Shown here: piece by piece, positions 27,946-40,196 of the stretch
How positions within the stretch are numbered: position 1 is the stretch's first letter
Layout of the letters: the number at the start of each line of letters is the position of its first letter
From: Convolutriloba macropyga
Taxonomy: Eukaryota
Assembly (NCBI RefSeq): GCF_964194025.1
Contig: NC_134482.1
Span: forward strand, 39,990,001-40,054,000
DNA: 64,000 bases
Direction of reading: 5' to 3'
The notes under the pieces: generated by a model
The model's database searches: none
What the model saw: only the letters and a program-made list of their open reading frames with translations
Told to the model about the DNA's origin: nothing
Made by a program: the position numbers and the translations under genes

Positions 27946-28630
27946 CCCCAGCTCTAGTGGGCATATAACTTTTATGCCCCCAAGGTGCACTTGCTATTTT
28001 ATGTAAAATTTGTGTTACTGGTCATATAAAGAAGAACCCTCACCACCTCTGATGACAAACTTGCCACAATGGGGGTGGCTATAAATCCGTGGAGGGAGGG
28101 GGTCTATAACCATAATTGCGTGGGGGGGGCTATGATGGGAAATACCCCAAAGGTTGTCCTGTGCTATGTAACAGCAAGCAATTTGTAATTTGCAGTTTTG
28201 AGCCATAAAAACACTAACGCAGTAGATCGCGAGGTTTTTTTTTGGGGGGGGGGCATAATAGATCCATGGCTTCCATGAATTGGTTGAAAAAATTTTAGAT
28301 TTGGTGAATGAGAGTCCAGGTGAAACCCGTCTGGCTCCACCCAGTGCTCCGGTGGTTCCAAAATCGACAAGTGGCGATGGAACAGCTGACAAACAACGAA
28401 CTACTGCTAGTTTGATAACTGCAGATGAAGGGAAATCAAATTTCACACTCAATTGGTGAAGATGAAAGCATATAATAACTGTTGTTATATAACAAAAAAA
28501 ATAGTTTTTTCCAATAATAGGAGAAAATATGGGTCTTTCCCGTAACAACCCTCCACGAAAATAGAGTACCCATTTTGGTATAATTACCATGATTGATTGG
28601 GGGCAAACATAATATGACCACTAAGCTGGG
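27946..28630. mobile_element. MITE-like element with CCCAGCT.AGTGG TIRs
   Basis: The left end CCCAGCTCTAGTGGGCATATAACTTTATGCCCCCA matches the reverse complement of the right end TGGGGGCAAACATAATATGACCACTAAGCTGGG. A related end lies at about 44650-44682. Confidence 0.6.
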
Positions 28631-28699
28631 GGGCTATAACGCGAAAGAACACAAAACTTACGCATCTGTTAGATAGACTTAAAAGATTATGCAAGACAA

Positions 28700-29489
28700 C
28701 CCGGGTTGAAATTTCATTGATTTTGTACAAAGATCATATATGATTTCAAACTGGCCATAATTGGTTTCATTGTACGGCCCTATTATGAAAACCAGGAAGT
28801 AAAATTTGATCCTTGTATGATTACAAAGAAATTAAATGAATTTATACGATTATACAGAAATCATATACGATCCTTGTATGATCAGCAAGAAATAATTTAT
28901 CATTCTTGTTTGATCAACAAGAATAACGTATCATCCTGGCTTGATTATCAAAAAGTAATTATGGTCCTTGTTTGATTACCTCGAAATAACATATGATCCT
29001 ATTATGATTATCAGGAATAATACAGCTTTTATTCCTTCTTTTTACGTTTAAGTTTTATCGATAAGGCATCAATTACGTGTTTCACGGTCATCATTCTGTG
29101 ATCCGTCAAAAGTGCCTGAAGTACAATAATTTATTGCAAAGTTGGGTACTTAATAAACGAGGAAGTCTATCTAGGGGACTAAAGTCTTCATATTCAAAAA
29201 ATTCCAAATTATTTTCTAAATAGATAAACAATACAAAGTTATTGTATTAGCATCCCCGAAAATCCAAAGAATAAAAATTGTGGACTGAAAATGCGATACA
29301 TTAAACTTAATTTCCTTCTGACTACATTATACGGGATTTAGTAGAACCAGTCAATGTTTTATCTGACATATATAAAATTGTGTTTTTTCTTAGAATTTTC
29401 TCGTATTTCCAAGAAATTCATACAAAGTAATCATACAAATCATAAATGACCATATAAATCAAAGAAAGTTGTATTATGATCGACCCGGG
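28700..29489 (-). mobile_element. Non-autonomous CMC/EnSpm-like element, copy 2
   Basis: CCCGGG termini, AA flanks, same subterminal repeats and homologous interior as 18250-19033; similar length (790 vs 784 bp). Confidence 0.7.
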
Positions 29490-29688
29490 AACCTTTGCAA
29501 AATAAACCAGCGCTCCTTACATATACCAATTGTGATAGGTGTGCAATAAAAAGTAAATGTAACAAAAATTGTTGCTCAATTTGAATGAGTTGTTTAAGAG
29601 ACAACCACCAACGAGGAAAATTTTGGCTCATGGATGGTTGAAAACCCCTAGTTATAGAACCACTTTAGTGCAACACGAGTGATTGATG

Positions 29689-29916
29689 CCCGGAGTATAG
29701 TCGCAGAGTAAAAATGTACTGAACCAGTATATCCCAAGAACAAATCTCAATACGCATTACTGAATCATACTATATGAAGTTTTTTGCGATTAAACATACT
29801 GTTCATACCAAAATCATACAATTAAAAAGTTACATGATCATAATATGGCAACTGTAAAAAAACAGAATTGAAATATCATGATTCAGCACTGATTTACTCT
29901 GAGCGTGCACTCCGGG
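29689..29916. mobile_element. 228-bp MITE with CCCGGAGT TIRs and 2-bp TSD (TG)
   Basis: TG|CCCGGAGT...CAGAGTAAA ... TTTACTCTG...ACTCCGGG|TG. Confidence 0.75.
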
Positions 29917-32900
29917 TGGTTGTATATGATACGCGCCCACTAATTTGGCAAATAATATTCACCCACTAATTTGGCATGTGGGATGATTGAAATTTTTTTC
30001 ACTTAATTGGCTCTAATTTAAAAATTAAAAAATCATTGTTACAAGAAAAGGGGTTCATATTATCTGCCGAAAATAATTTTTCTTGAAAAGTCTCAAAGGT
30101 AGATTTGAACATATTTTGTTTGGGGAAAATAATTTGAAGTGACAAGTATTTGAAATTTATTTTGTCATCTGTACCATATATTAAGAATTAAAAAAATAAT
30201 TTTGTAAAAATTGTTTTGTTTTCTATAAAAGCATGAACGTGAGATTGCAGTAAGTGTTCGAGATAATCCAAAGAGTACAGCTTGGATTTTAATCGCCAAA
30301 GATTTTTGTGAGGTCAATTTCTTCTTGTAATATCTTACAAGGTTATCATCCATTTATAATCAAATTAACAATTAAGGAGATAATACTGAGGAAAAACCCA
30401 ACAAAACCGTGTCTGCTTTTAACTGTCCTAATATTTTACGTGGATTTAAAAGTTTGAACTATGATCAAGCACTGGTTACTTTCTGAAAATTTTTTGTGAT
30501 TACTGAATTACTCTGAAAGTTAGGTATATTATGGGGTAAAAACAAATCTCGCTTAAAAATGCTTTATATTAAATAAGTAAGGGGTTTTTGTTCTAACTAG
30601 GGTTCAGTTTCGAAAATAAGTATGAGCAAATATCTGATGGACACGTTTTAGGGATGACTGAGTCGACTGACGGCCGGAAGAATCCAATTCCTCTAAAAAC
30701 TCTTCTTCATATTGGTTCCGGTTCAAAAAATCAGCAAGCAAAGGCTACTCTCATTACCACAGACCATAGAAAAACATCAAATTTTACAGTAAAATGGTGA
30801 AAAGTTGTAATAAATTGATATAAATATTATAAAGCTGTGAAAGAAATGATGTGATAGTTGTAATTATGAAATTGAAAACAATGTATTTAAACCATCTTTT
30901 CGTTAATTTTGGGGAGAGCTAGCAAATTAAATCAGATGATAAACGGGTCAAGCTGAAATATTGTTCATATAATGGGGGGGGGGGGCTAGGAAATATTAAA
31001 GCTCTTTGTACTTTTTTTCAGGGTTTAAAAAGTTTTAGTGAGTTTATGTTGTTTAAAAACAATCTTGCTGTCTTGTCCTGTAGTATACATTGTAAGCAGC
31101 ATTAGCTAATTGTTGACAGGAGACTAAATTTAACTTCTCTTACTTTCACCTGATACAAGTCAAAAACTTCTTTTAAGCTTCGAAGTTTTTGATTTTTTGA
31201 TTTAAGAAATTTACATCATTCTAGAAAGCAGAAAGATGAAGGGAAATTCATTTCGCAAGTTGAGGCTGCCAAAATATTTGATACCACGCACATTTTTGAG
31301 CCTTTGAAGACGTCTTAAATCTAAAGATTAAAACAAAGACAAAATTAAACATAAATTTTTTCAGAACAAACAGAATCAGAAATTCAACCAGCAACTGGAA
31401 CTGCAAAAAAAACAGGATTTTCACTATCTTGACAAAACAAAAAGTTTACAAAAAATTCAGTGATGAATCCCCGGAACGATTATCAAGTCTTGGCTGAGAA
31501 TTAGCAAGTCTTGAGTCAAGTCTTGATTATTGCGCAGTTACTCAAAGGGGAGTGTTAAGAAGAAATTATTTATATTTATTGCATTTCGAAATTAGCAAAA
31601 TTTAGTTAAAAATTTTTAAGATAAATTTCTTAATCTGACCAGGTTAATTCCGAATTGAGCATCCACCAACTCCAAATATCCCATATTTTCACCCCAAAAC
31701 CATTTTTAGCATCTGGTAGAAAAAAGTGGCCATGACTGGTCTCTTTGGGCGATATCAGAATTTTTTTTCATTCTCTTCCAGGTGAACTTTGTGGAAGTGC
31801 TCGTGTTGTCTTGTGCTTTTTTTTCCACTTTGGAGAGGTTTTAAGGCAGAGCACTGTAAGTGGCGGCCTTCTCTTTTCGTTACAAAAGGAAAGCAAATCA
31901 ACAATAAAATTTGGACAAAACTTGCTCGAGACTTGTCAAGTCTTGGCTAAGACGACTCAAGACTTGCCAAGACTTAAGACTTGATCTAAAACGTGCCATG
32001 TCTAAAAAGTGACATGATCAGAGCTCTGTTACAGTACTGATCCAAGGACTTGCAATTTCACTGAATCAATAGTGATTAAGAGATGACGTTCAGTCCCGGT
32101 CCCGTCTATACAAAAACAGAAAAAAGTCACTTAGGCACTGGCGTCACAAAATGCTGAAAAACATCTAATATTTCAATCAATCTCTTCTACCAAAACTGAT
32201 ATTGTAAAAGAACTGAAACTAATTTCTCTGTCGAATTTGTTGAAACTGAGCAAATTTACATCAACAGCACAATTTATTTGGGAAAAGTGATGATCAAGAT
32301 TTGTAATGTTTTCACAATTTCTGATATTTTTGGAAATTTTGACACTATTTCAAGTGAAGTCATCTCATATAAACTGAAGAGGTCAAACTTTAAAAGCTCT
32401 TTTGCAGTAAAACGAATCTCAAAATTTTGACTTAAATTTTCGAATCTAGAAAAACTTTTGCTAGTTCCGGTTATTAATTGTATTGTTGATGTGGGATTTC
32501 AACAATGAGAAGAAAAGGAGAAAACACAATAAATATTTGTCATAAATCTTGGATAATCCGGATTTTTATGAAAAGTCCATTTCCACACAAGACTTTTAGA
32601 AATATCAAATTGAATTTGCTCAAAAAATTATTTAAAAACAACGCCTGAGTGGACTGAAAAACTTTTAAATATATGCAAACGATGACGTTATAACAAAACA
32701 TAGTTTATAAAAGTGAGTGGAAGCAACTCGCAAGATACTTAAAAGTTAGCCATTCAACTTGCAAGTTCTTAGAAGTTGAGCATTAAAAGTTAAGCATCTT
32801 TTTCGAGATGCAAGTTCTTAGAAGTTAACCATCCGGTTTCGACGATTGCTGCATGAAAACACTTTGCAAAGGATGAAACTGAAAAAATATGGGATTTGGC

Positions 32901-33069
32901 AGTAATATTTAAAATTACTGATTCATGGAACCAATGAGTTTCTAAACGAAGGACATCTTTTGTTTTGACATCAACACTCATGGCCAGAACAAGAAATGAA
33001 ATTTGTTCACGGTTGCGATGCATTTCTAGATGCCGGGCATTCTATAATAGAAGAGTTTTGATATATTTA

Positions 33070-33295
33070 NNNNNNNNNNNNNNNNNNNNNNNNNNNNNNN
33101 NNNNNNNNNNNNNNNNNNNNNNNNNNNNNNNNNNNNNNNNNNNNNNNNNNNNNNNNNNNNNNNNNNNNNNNNNNNNNNNNNNNNNNNNNNNNNNNNNNNN
33201 NNNNNNNNNNNNNNNNNNNNNNNNNNNNNNNNNNNNNNNNNNNNNNNNNNNNNNNNNNNNNNNNNNNNNNNNNNNNNNNNNNNNNNNNNNNNNNN
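33070..33295. other. Assembly gap (N run)
   Basis: Run of n. Confidence 1.
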
Positions 33296-34459
33296 TGAAA
33301 TCAAACGCTGAACTTTTGATTTTATTTACTCTATAGAAATCATTGTTTTAATCTTAAATTGAAATTATTTTTGAGCCTGAAGTACATTTCGTTGTTTATG
33401 AAGTTTTTTTTCTTTCACTTGAATAGTTTTTTTGGTAACGCGTGATTTCGTTAGTTTCCTGTTTAAGTTGAAGGCTTCGAAACTGAAGCCAAAACTGAAA
33501 AATTATTCGAGAGAAGCTTTTAACCAGTTGGTTTGAATTAAAACATTGAACATTTTTTGAAAAATATCTGCCAATTTTTATTAGGAATTGTTTTTAGCAT
33601 TGATATTTCGAAACTACGCAACTTTCTGTGCCGACTTTTGGGGCAACTTTTGTAGTAAAAGATGTCAGTAAAAGATATCAGCGTTTTCGTTTTTCTCTTC
33701 TTAATACGTGGTCGACTTTTTTAAAGCAAAAGTCTTGGTTTGAACAGTTACTGTGCTTCGCACACTAAACCGCGATTTAGGATCAATATTTCAAGTGTTT
33801 TGTAAAAAAACAAAATTTGCTTTTCTCCGGCATCTAGAGGTTGACTATAGTGTAAAGATGTCAGTCTATTATATGTTGTCTGGTTCGTCTGGCTTGTCTG
33901 GAACTTTGTACAAAATCACGTTTTCTACCTAAACGTCTGTATTGACACGAAATAACAAATGTTTGTCTGGTAAAAAAAGTAGGTATCATAGAGAACTTTT
34001 ACAGGGTTTTGTCTGTTCATAAATTGAAATCGGTGCAAACTTTTCATTCGCAAAAACTATTTCCTCGGCAAATTGCTTTTCTATAAATTTTATCCCTTGA
34101 TTGACTTACAGAAGGAAAAATGAAATTTTCATTGCCTTTGGTCGCAATGTTGGTATATTGGAGCACGATGTTGATCTGGGCTGGAGTCGCGGAACCTATC
34201 AAGGTTAAACGGGACCCACCTATCAAGGACAACTTGGGTTAGACTTGAAAAAATTAAAATCACGACTTTTTTTAAAAGAAGTTACTCAGGTCGTCACTCA
34301 GGCAATGATCATTAAACAAGCATTCATCACAATTTACCAAAGTCTACAATAAGTAATGCCATGATTCCCAATGCTATTATGCCCAAACTGCCATTTTACC
34401 TAATGCAGAAATACCCTATGGTAAGAAATTCCCATTTTTTTTCATTTGACTTGAATTAT

Positions 34460-37400
34460 TTGTTTTTCAAAGTTCAAAGCAAAATATGCCATAGGGTCAT
34501 TACACCATTCTTTTGGGCTGACGAGTAGTGCTCGACAAGTTCCCCGTTTAAAACTGAGAAGCGCTGAAAACTTTATTTTGAAGGCGCCATCGCGAAGCCA
34601 CAGAGATGTGTTAGATATCAGGAAGTGATTTTTTTCTTGTTGCAAATACCATTATTTTTCTGCAAATTCATTTCTTCAGAAATTATTTTTCTGCAAATTC
34701 ATTTCTTCAGAAATTATTTTTCTGCAAATTCATTTCTTCAGAAATTATTTTTCTGCAAATTGATTTCTTAAGGACAATCGTTAACTTGATACCTTGTTAA
34801 GTGTTACCGGGCGCCTAAACTCATACTTTGTTAATTACTGACTGGTACTAATTGTACTGGTTCTAAATGTTGGGATAATAATAATAATTCCTACGTAGGG
34901 TGTCTTGGTATTGGGTAATTCGGCATTTGTTAAATTGGCACATTAGTTAAAAGAGATGGGGTAAAACCGAATTGGGCAATTTGTCCTAACACCGTCATGA
35001 TACATCAATAACACAACAATAGTGAGATATCGGATAGTTGCTATCCCTCCTCCTGTTGGCAACGGAATTTTGCCAACAGGAGGAATAGAGGTAAACCCAA
35101 ATGATACTTATTTTGATGAGACACCTATGGGTTATCCATTGCAATTAAAATTAATATTGCCTGAAAAAATTTAATTTGTGCCTGGACCAGAAAAAAAGGT
35201 ACGTTACACTATATGTGAGCTTTTAATGCTGAGGTCAATTTTGGCGCATTATTCATTAGATTTGACCAGAGAACCAAAGGTGCAGGAAAAATTCATCACT
35301 AAAAGCAAAGAGCAGCCCATTGTAGCGTTATAATCTTGCGTTACTTAGTGAACTCGCACGTGGACCAGCATATGCTAAAAACATTGCATATATAGATTAT
35401 TTTGTGTAGTTTTCTGTCATAGTTAGATAATTCTCCATTATCGATTTTCGATCATAATTTTCATCCAAACCTTGTAATTGAATTTGTCAAAACCGAATAC
35501 AAAAACATTTTAGTCTAATGGTCCTTAACGGATTTCTGTAAATTCAACTCTCAATTAAAGATTGATCTATGAATTTTTATTTTGGGCAATACCAACTGCC
35601 TAATTTCCGTAGGCACCGCTTGACGGATCAACGGTGATGTTCTCTAGATTGATCGTAATTGTTCCGACCCACACTTCAGTGGGGAGAGAGGGAGGAACTA
35701 TATACTCAAATCGTTTTTTTTGTTCAGTCAATTTTGGCCGATCGATATACTCATCGTACAGAGTTGTGAGTGGTATCACTGGAAAGCACGTATATCCTGA
35801 AATATGGAATTAAAAAGAATTTTTTCGAAATTCATTTACAGGGAAATTTAAAGTTCTGTGAATATCCGACAGTTTTATTCACATTTTCAGTAATTTTTGC
35901 TAGAATTTGCTTCAATTTTGCTAATATAAAGTTAAAAATGTTAACGAAAGAGTGTTATTGTTACCATAAGAGATAAAAGAGCCTTGCTTAATTGTTTGAT
36001 TGACGTTTTTTGGCTAGAAGTTTGATAACATTTTCAAAATACAGCCTATTTTAATCCAAAATTGCATAAAAATATGCTTCTTTGGAACACTTTGTCTAAG
36101 TTTGCCGAACATGTAGACCTAAAAACCGCTGACACAATCTCCGATAACTCTACAAGAGAGCGAATTGAAAATCGACGCCCTATAAAAGTCTTCTGAAATA
36201 AGATTTTTGCCGCTTTATTTGCAAATTTAGCTCGATAATTATACAGAACGCATCAATGTTTCTAATATCTGAAATCTTTCATTTATCAATTGGCATGATT
36301 TGCAGACCAATTGAGCACTTGGGTGGTTTGCAGGGCGCGCGAAGAAATCAGGGATAGGTTTGATTTCATCATGGATTCTTAGAATCAAAAATTTTTTAAT
36401 TTAATTTTGGTGCTGCCTTTTTTCCAAAATATTTTGCATTATTGTTTTTAATCTTAATTAATGACAAAATTTTCAATTCAAGGCTCCATTATTGACAGCT
36501 ACCTTATACGTAAACCTGAGGTTGAATGTAGATATTGTATGTTTTCAGAGATCCCAATGATTTTATGGCTTTGAAGAAAATTTTTAGCAAACTTTTACTG
36601 AATTCTTATTCTGCCTTCAAATGCTATTCTTTTGCAGTCTGATTAATAAATCCCACCAATCAAAGATTCAAATGATTTCTTCAAGAGCGTATTTGAACCT
36701 GTACAATGCATTAGGTTCTTGTCTAATGTCTTATTGATTATGTTTGCTTTAAGAAAATATTTGTTTTTCGAAGTTCAAAGCAAAATATGCCAGGGTAATT
36801 ACACTTTTGAGCTGACGAGTAGTTTTCAACAAATTCCCCTTTTAAAACTGAGAATCGTTGAAAACTTTATTTTGATGAAGGCGCCATCGCAAAGCCACAA
36901 ATATGTGTTGGTTATCAGGATGTGGAGATTTTTTTCTTGTTGCAAATACTTTTTTTCTGCAAATTGATTTCTTGAGGGCAATCGTTTACTTTATACCTTG
37001 CTAATTTTTGCCGGGCGCACAAACTTATACTTTATTAATTACTGACTGGTACTGATTGTACTGGTTCTAAATGTTGGGATTAAAATAATAACTCCTACGT
37101 ACGGGTATTTTAGTATTGGGCATTTAGGCATTGGGTAACTCGGCATTTGGTAAATTGGCACATTAGTCAGAATAAGATGGGTTATAACCGAATTGAGTAA
37201 TTTGTCCTGACACCGTCATGATGCATCAATAACAAAACTCTTGCCAAAAGGAAAAAAACCTCTATCTCAAAATTCATCAATTTTCATGTGTTTCACACAA
37301 TGTATATTTGATTGCGTAACTTTATCCAGAGAGTCACTCTTTATTTTCAATTTTCCAGGTAACTGGTATCAGTTTTCTTATTTAAATTGTTTACTATTCA

Positions 37401-39345
37401 AAATTGAGTTCTTCGGTCACTGTCTGCTATCTACAAATAACAGAGTTCTGCAAACAGGAGGAACAGAGGTAAAACCAAATGATACTTATTTTCATGAGAC
37501 ACCATCAGATTACCAATTGCAATTAAAAATAATATTGCGTGAAAACATTTAACGGTTGCCGGCAACAGAAAAAGGTAAGTTACACTATATTTGATCTTTT
37601 AATGCTGAGGTAACTTTTGGCGCATTTTTCATTAAATTTGACTAGAGAACCAAAGGTGCTGGAAAAATCCATCACTAAAAGCAAAGAGCAGCCCATTGTA
37701 GCGTTGTAATCTTGCGTTACTTAGTGAACTTGCACGTGGAACAGCATATGCTAAAATTATTGCATATACAGATTATTTTGGGTAGTTTTCTGTCTTAAAT
37801 AGATAATTCTCCATTATCAATTTTCGATCATATTTTTTTCCAAACCTTGTAATTGAATTTGTCGAAATCAAACACAAAAAAATTCAGTCTAATCGTCCTA
37901 AACAGATTTCTGTAAATTCAACTCTCAGTTAAAGTAAACTACATCCGCGCGTTTTCCGAAAGTTTGATCTATGAATTTTTGATTTGGGCAACACCAACTT
38001 TTCGCAGGCACCGCTTGACGGAACAACGGTGATGTTCTCTATATTGATCGTAATTGTTCCGACCCACACTTCAGTGGGGAGAGAGGGAGGAACTATATAC
38101 TCAAATCGTTTTTTTTTGTTCAGTCAATTTTGGCCGATCGATATACTCATCGTACAGAGTTGTGAGTGGTATCACTGGAAAGCACGTATATCCTGAAATA
38201 TGGAATTAAAAAGAATTAAAACATTTTCAGTAATTTTTGCTAGAATTTGCTTCAATATTGCTAATATAAAAAAAGTTAAAAATGTTAACGAAAGGGTGTT
38301 ATTGTTACCATTAAAGATAGAAGAGCGTTGTTGAATTGTTTGATTGGCGTTTATTTGGCTAGAAGTTTGATAACATTTTCAAAATACAGCCTTTTTTAAT
38401 CAAAAATTGCACAAAATATGCTTCTTTGGAACCCTTTGTCTAAGTTTGCCAAACATGTAGACCTAAAAACCGCTGACACAATCTCCGATAACTCTACAAG
38501 AGAGCGAATTGAAAATCGACGCCCTATAAAAGTCTTCTGAAAATAGATTTTTGCGTTTTATTTGCAAATTTAGCTCGATAATTATACAGAACGCATCAAT
38601 GTTTCTAATTTTTGAAATATTTCATTTAACAATTGGCATAATTTGCAAACCTTGGAGCACTTGGGTGGTTTGCAGGGCGCGCGAAGAAATCAGGGATAGG
38701 TTTGATTCCATCATGGATTCTTAGAATCAAAATTTTTAAAATTTAATTTTGGTGCTGCTTTTTTTTCAAAATATTTTGCATTATTGTTTTTAATCTTAAT
38801 TAATGACAAAATTTTCAATTCAAGGCTCCATTATTGACAGCTACCGTATACGTAAACCTGAAGTTGAATGTAGATATAGTATGTTTTCAGAGAACCCAAT
38901 GATTTTACGGCTTGATAGGTTTGATTTCATCATGATAGGTTTGATTTCATCATGGATTCTTAGAATCAAAATTTTTTTTGATTTTCATTTTGATGCTGTC
39001 CTTTTTTTCAAAATAGTTTGCATTATTTTTTTTAATGTTAATTAATGACAAATTTTCAATTAAGGCTCGCTCCATTTTTGACAGCTACCATATACGTAAA
39101 CCGGAGGTTGAATGTAGATTTAGTATGTTTTCAGAGAACCCAATGATTTTATGTCTCTGAAGACGAGTTTTAGTGAACTTTAACTGAATTCTTATTCTGC
39201 CTTCAAATTCTATTCTTTTGCAGTCTGATTGATAAATCCAACCAATCAAAGATTCAAATGATTTCTTCAAGAGGTAAATTTGAACATGTACAATTCATTT
39301 GGTTCTTATCTAATGTCGTATTGATTATATTTGTTTTAAGAAATT
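34460..39345. repeat. Tandem segmental duplication, about 2.3 and 2.6 kb units (junction near 36760)
   Basis: TGTTTTTC.AAGTTCAAAGCAAAATATGCC at 34461 and 36762; highly similar colinear sequence throughout. Unit 2 has an internal ~240-bp duplication (38695-39150). Confidence 0.9.
34651..34768. repeat. 31-bp minisatellite, about 3.8 copies
   Basis: ATTATTTTTCTGCAAATTCATTTCTTCAGAA at 34651, 34682, 34713 and 34744 (partial); single copy in the sister unit. Confidence 0.9.
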
Positions 39346-39630
39346 TTCAGGGATTTTTTGAACTTGTCAATTTTTCAGCTTATTCCTGCCAACTTTCAGC
39401 TTATTTTCAGTAAAAATAGATCAAAATTTCTTTCATAGAATACAAACAAATCTTTGCGGTGGAATTGTTTTGAATATGGGCCAGCTGGTTTTGTTACTAC
39501 GAGTTTTCATTCAAAAACTTTTGATTTTTGAGCATAATTAACAACAAAAAACAATTTTGCTATTTTTTTGCTTCTTTGATAAGTTGTCGCATTACTTAAA
39601 AATATAACGAAGAAAGTGTTGAAACAATTG

Positions 39631-39902
39631 TTTCAGCAAACCACTAAAGGAATAAAATATTGCAGCACTAGATGGCCACTGAGACCTTCCATTTAAGATA
39701 ACATGAGAATAGACAACTCTTAATTTGTATTGTTTACGTTTTCTCTGATGCCATTTTTGATTTTGTTTTTTGACGTTTGGGAGCAATAAATGTTTGTTGT
39801 TTTTCGGAATTTAGAGTTGTCTAGTCTCATGTTATCCTTACTGGAAGGTCTCATCGGCCATCTAATGCTGCAATGTTTTATTACTTTAGCGGTTTGCTGA
39901 AA
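39631..39902. mobile_element. Palindromic MITE-like element with ~90-bp inverted arms
   Basis: TTTCAGCAAACC...AGACAACTCT is mirrored by AGAGTTGTCT...GGTTTGCTGAAA. Confidence 0.75.
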
Positions 39903-40029
39903 AATATGTGAATTTGGATGAGCGGGGTTGGAACTTTATGCGCGAACGCACCTTACCGAGCCCCCTTGTTTGTTAAATGAAAAAATGGTTAAATAGAATT
40001 ATTGTATTTGATCATTAAGAAAGAAACAT

Positions 40030-40196
40030 AAACTGACACTTCAGACGAATTGCTCTCGAATCGAATAACAATAACAGGCGGGACCGTAGCAAAGAAAAAC
40101 TTTTCCTTTTTTGTGCAAAATATGCGGCTAGGGACGGGTTCGAATCCACGAACTCCTATATCCTATCATGAGCGAATTACCACAATGTTATCGGCC
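40030..40196 (-). mobile_element. tRNA-derived SINE-like element
   Basis: Minus-strand head with A-box-like TGTGGTAA and B-box GGATTCGAACCC, followed by the recurrent motif TTCGAGAGCAATTCG. Confidence 0.5.

Noticed and set aside
28015-28590. 191-aa ORF
   Set aside because: It lies inside a MITE-like element, has no recognisable motif and is driven partly by G/C runs.
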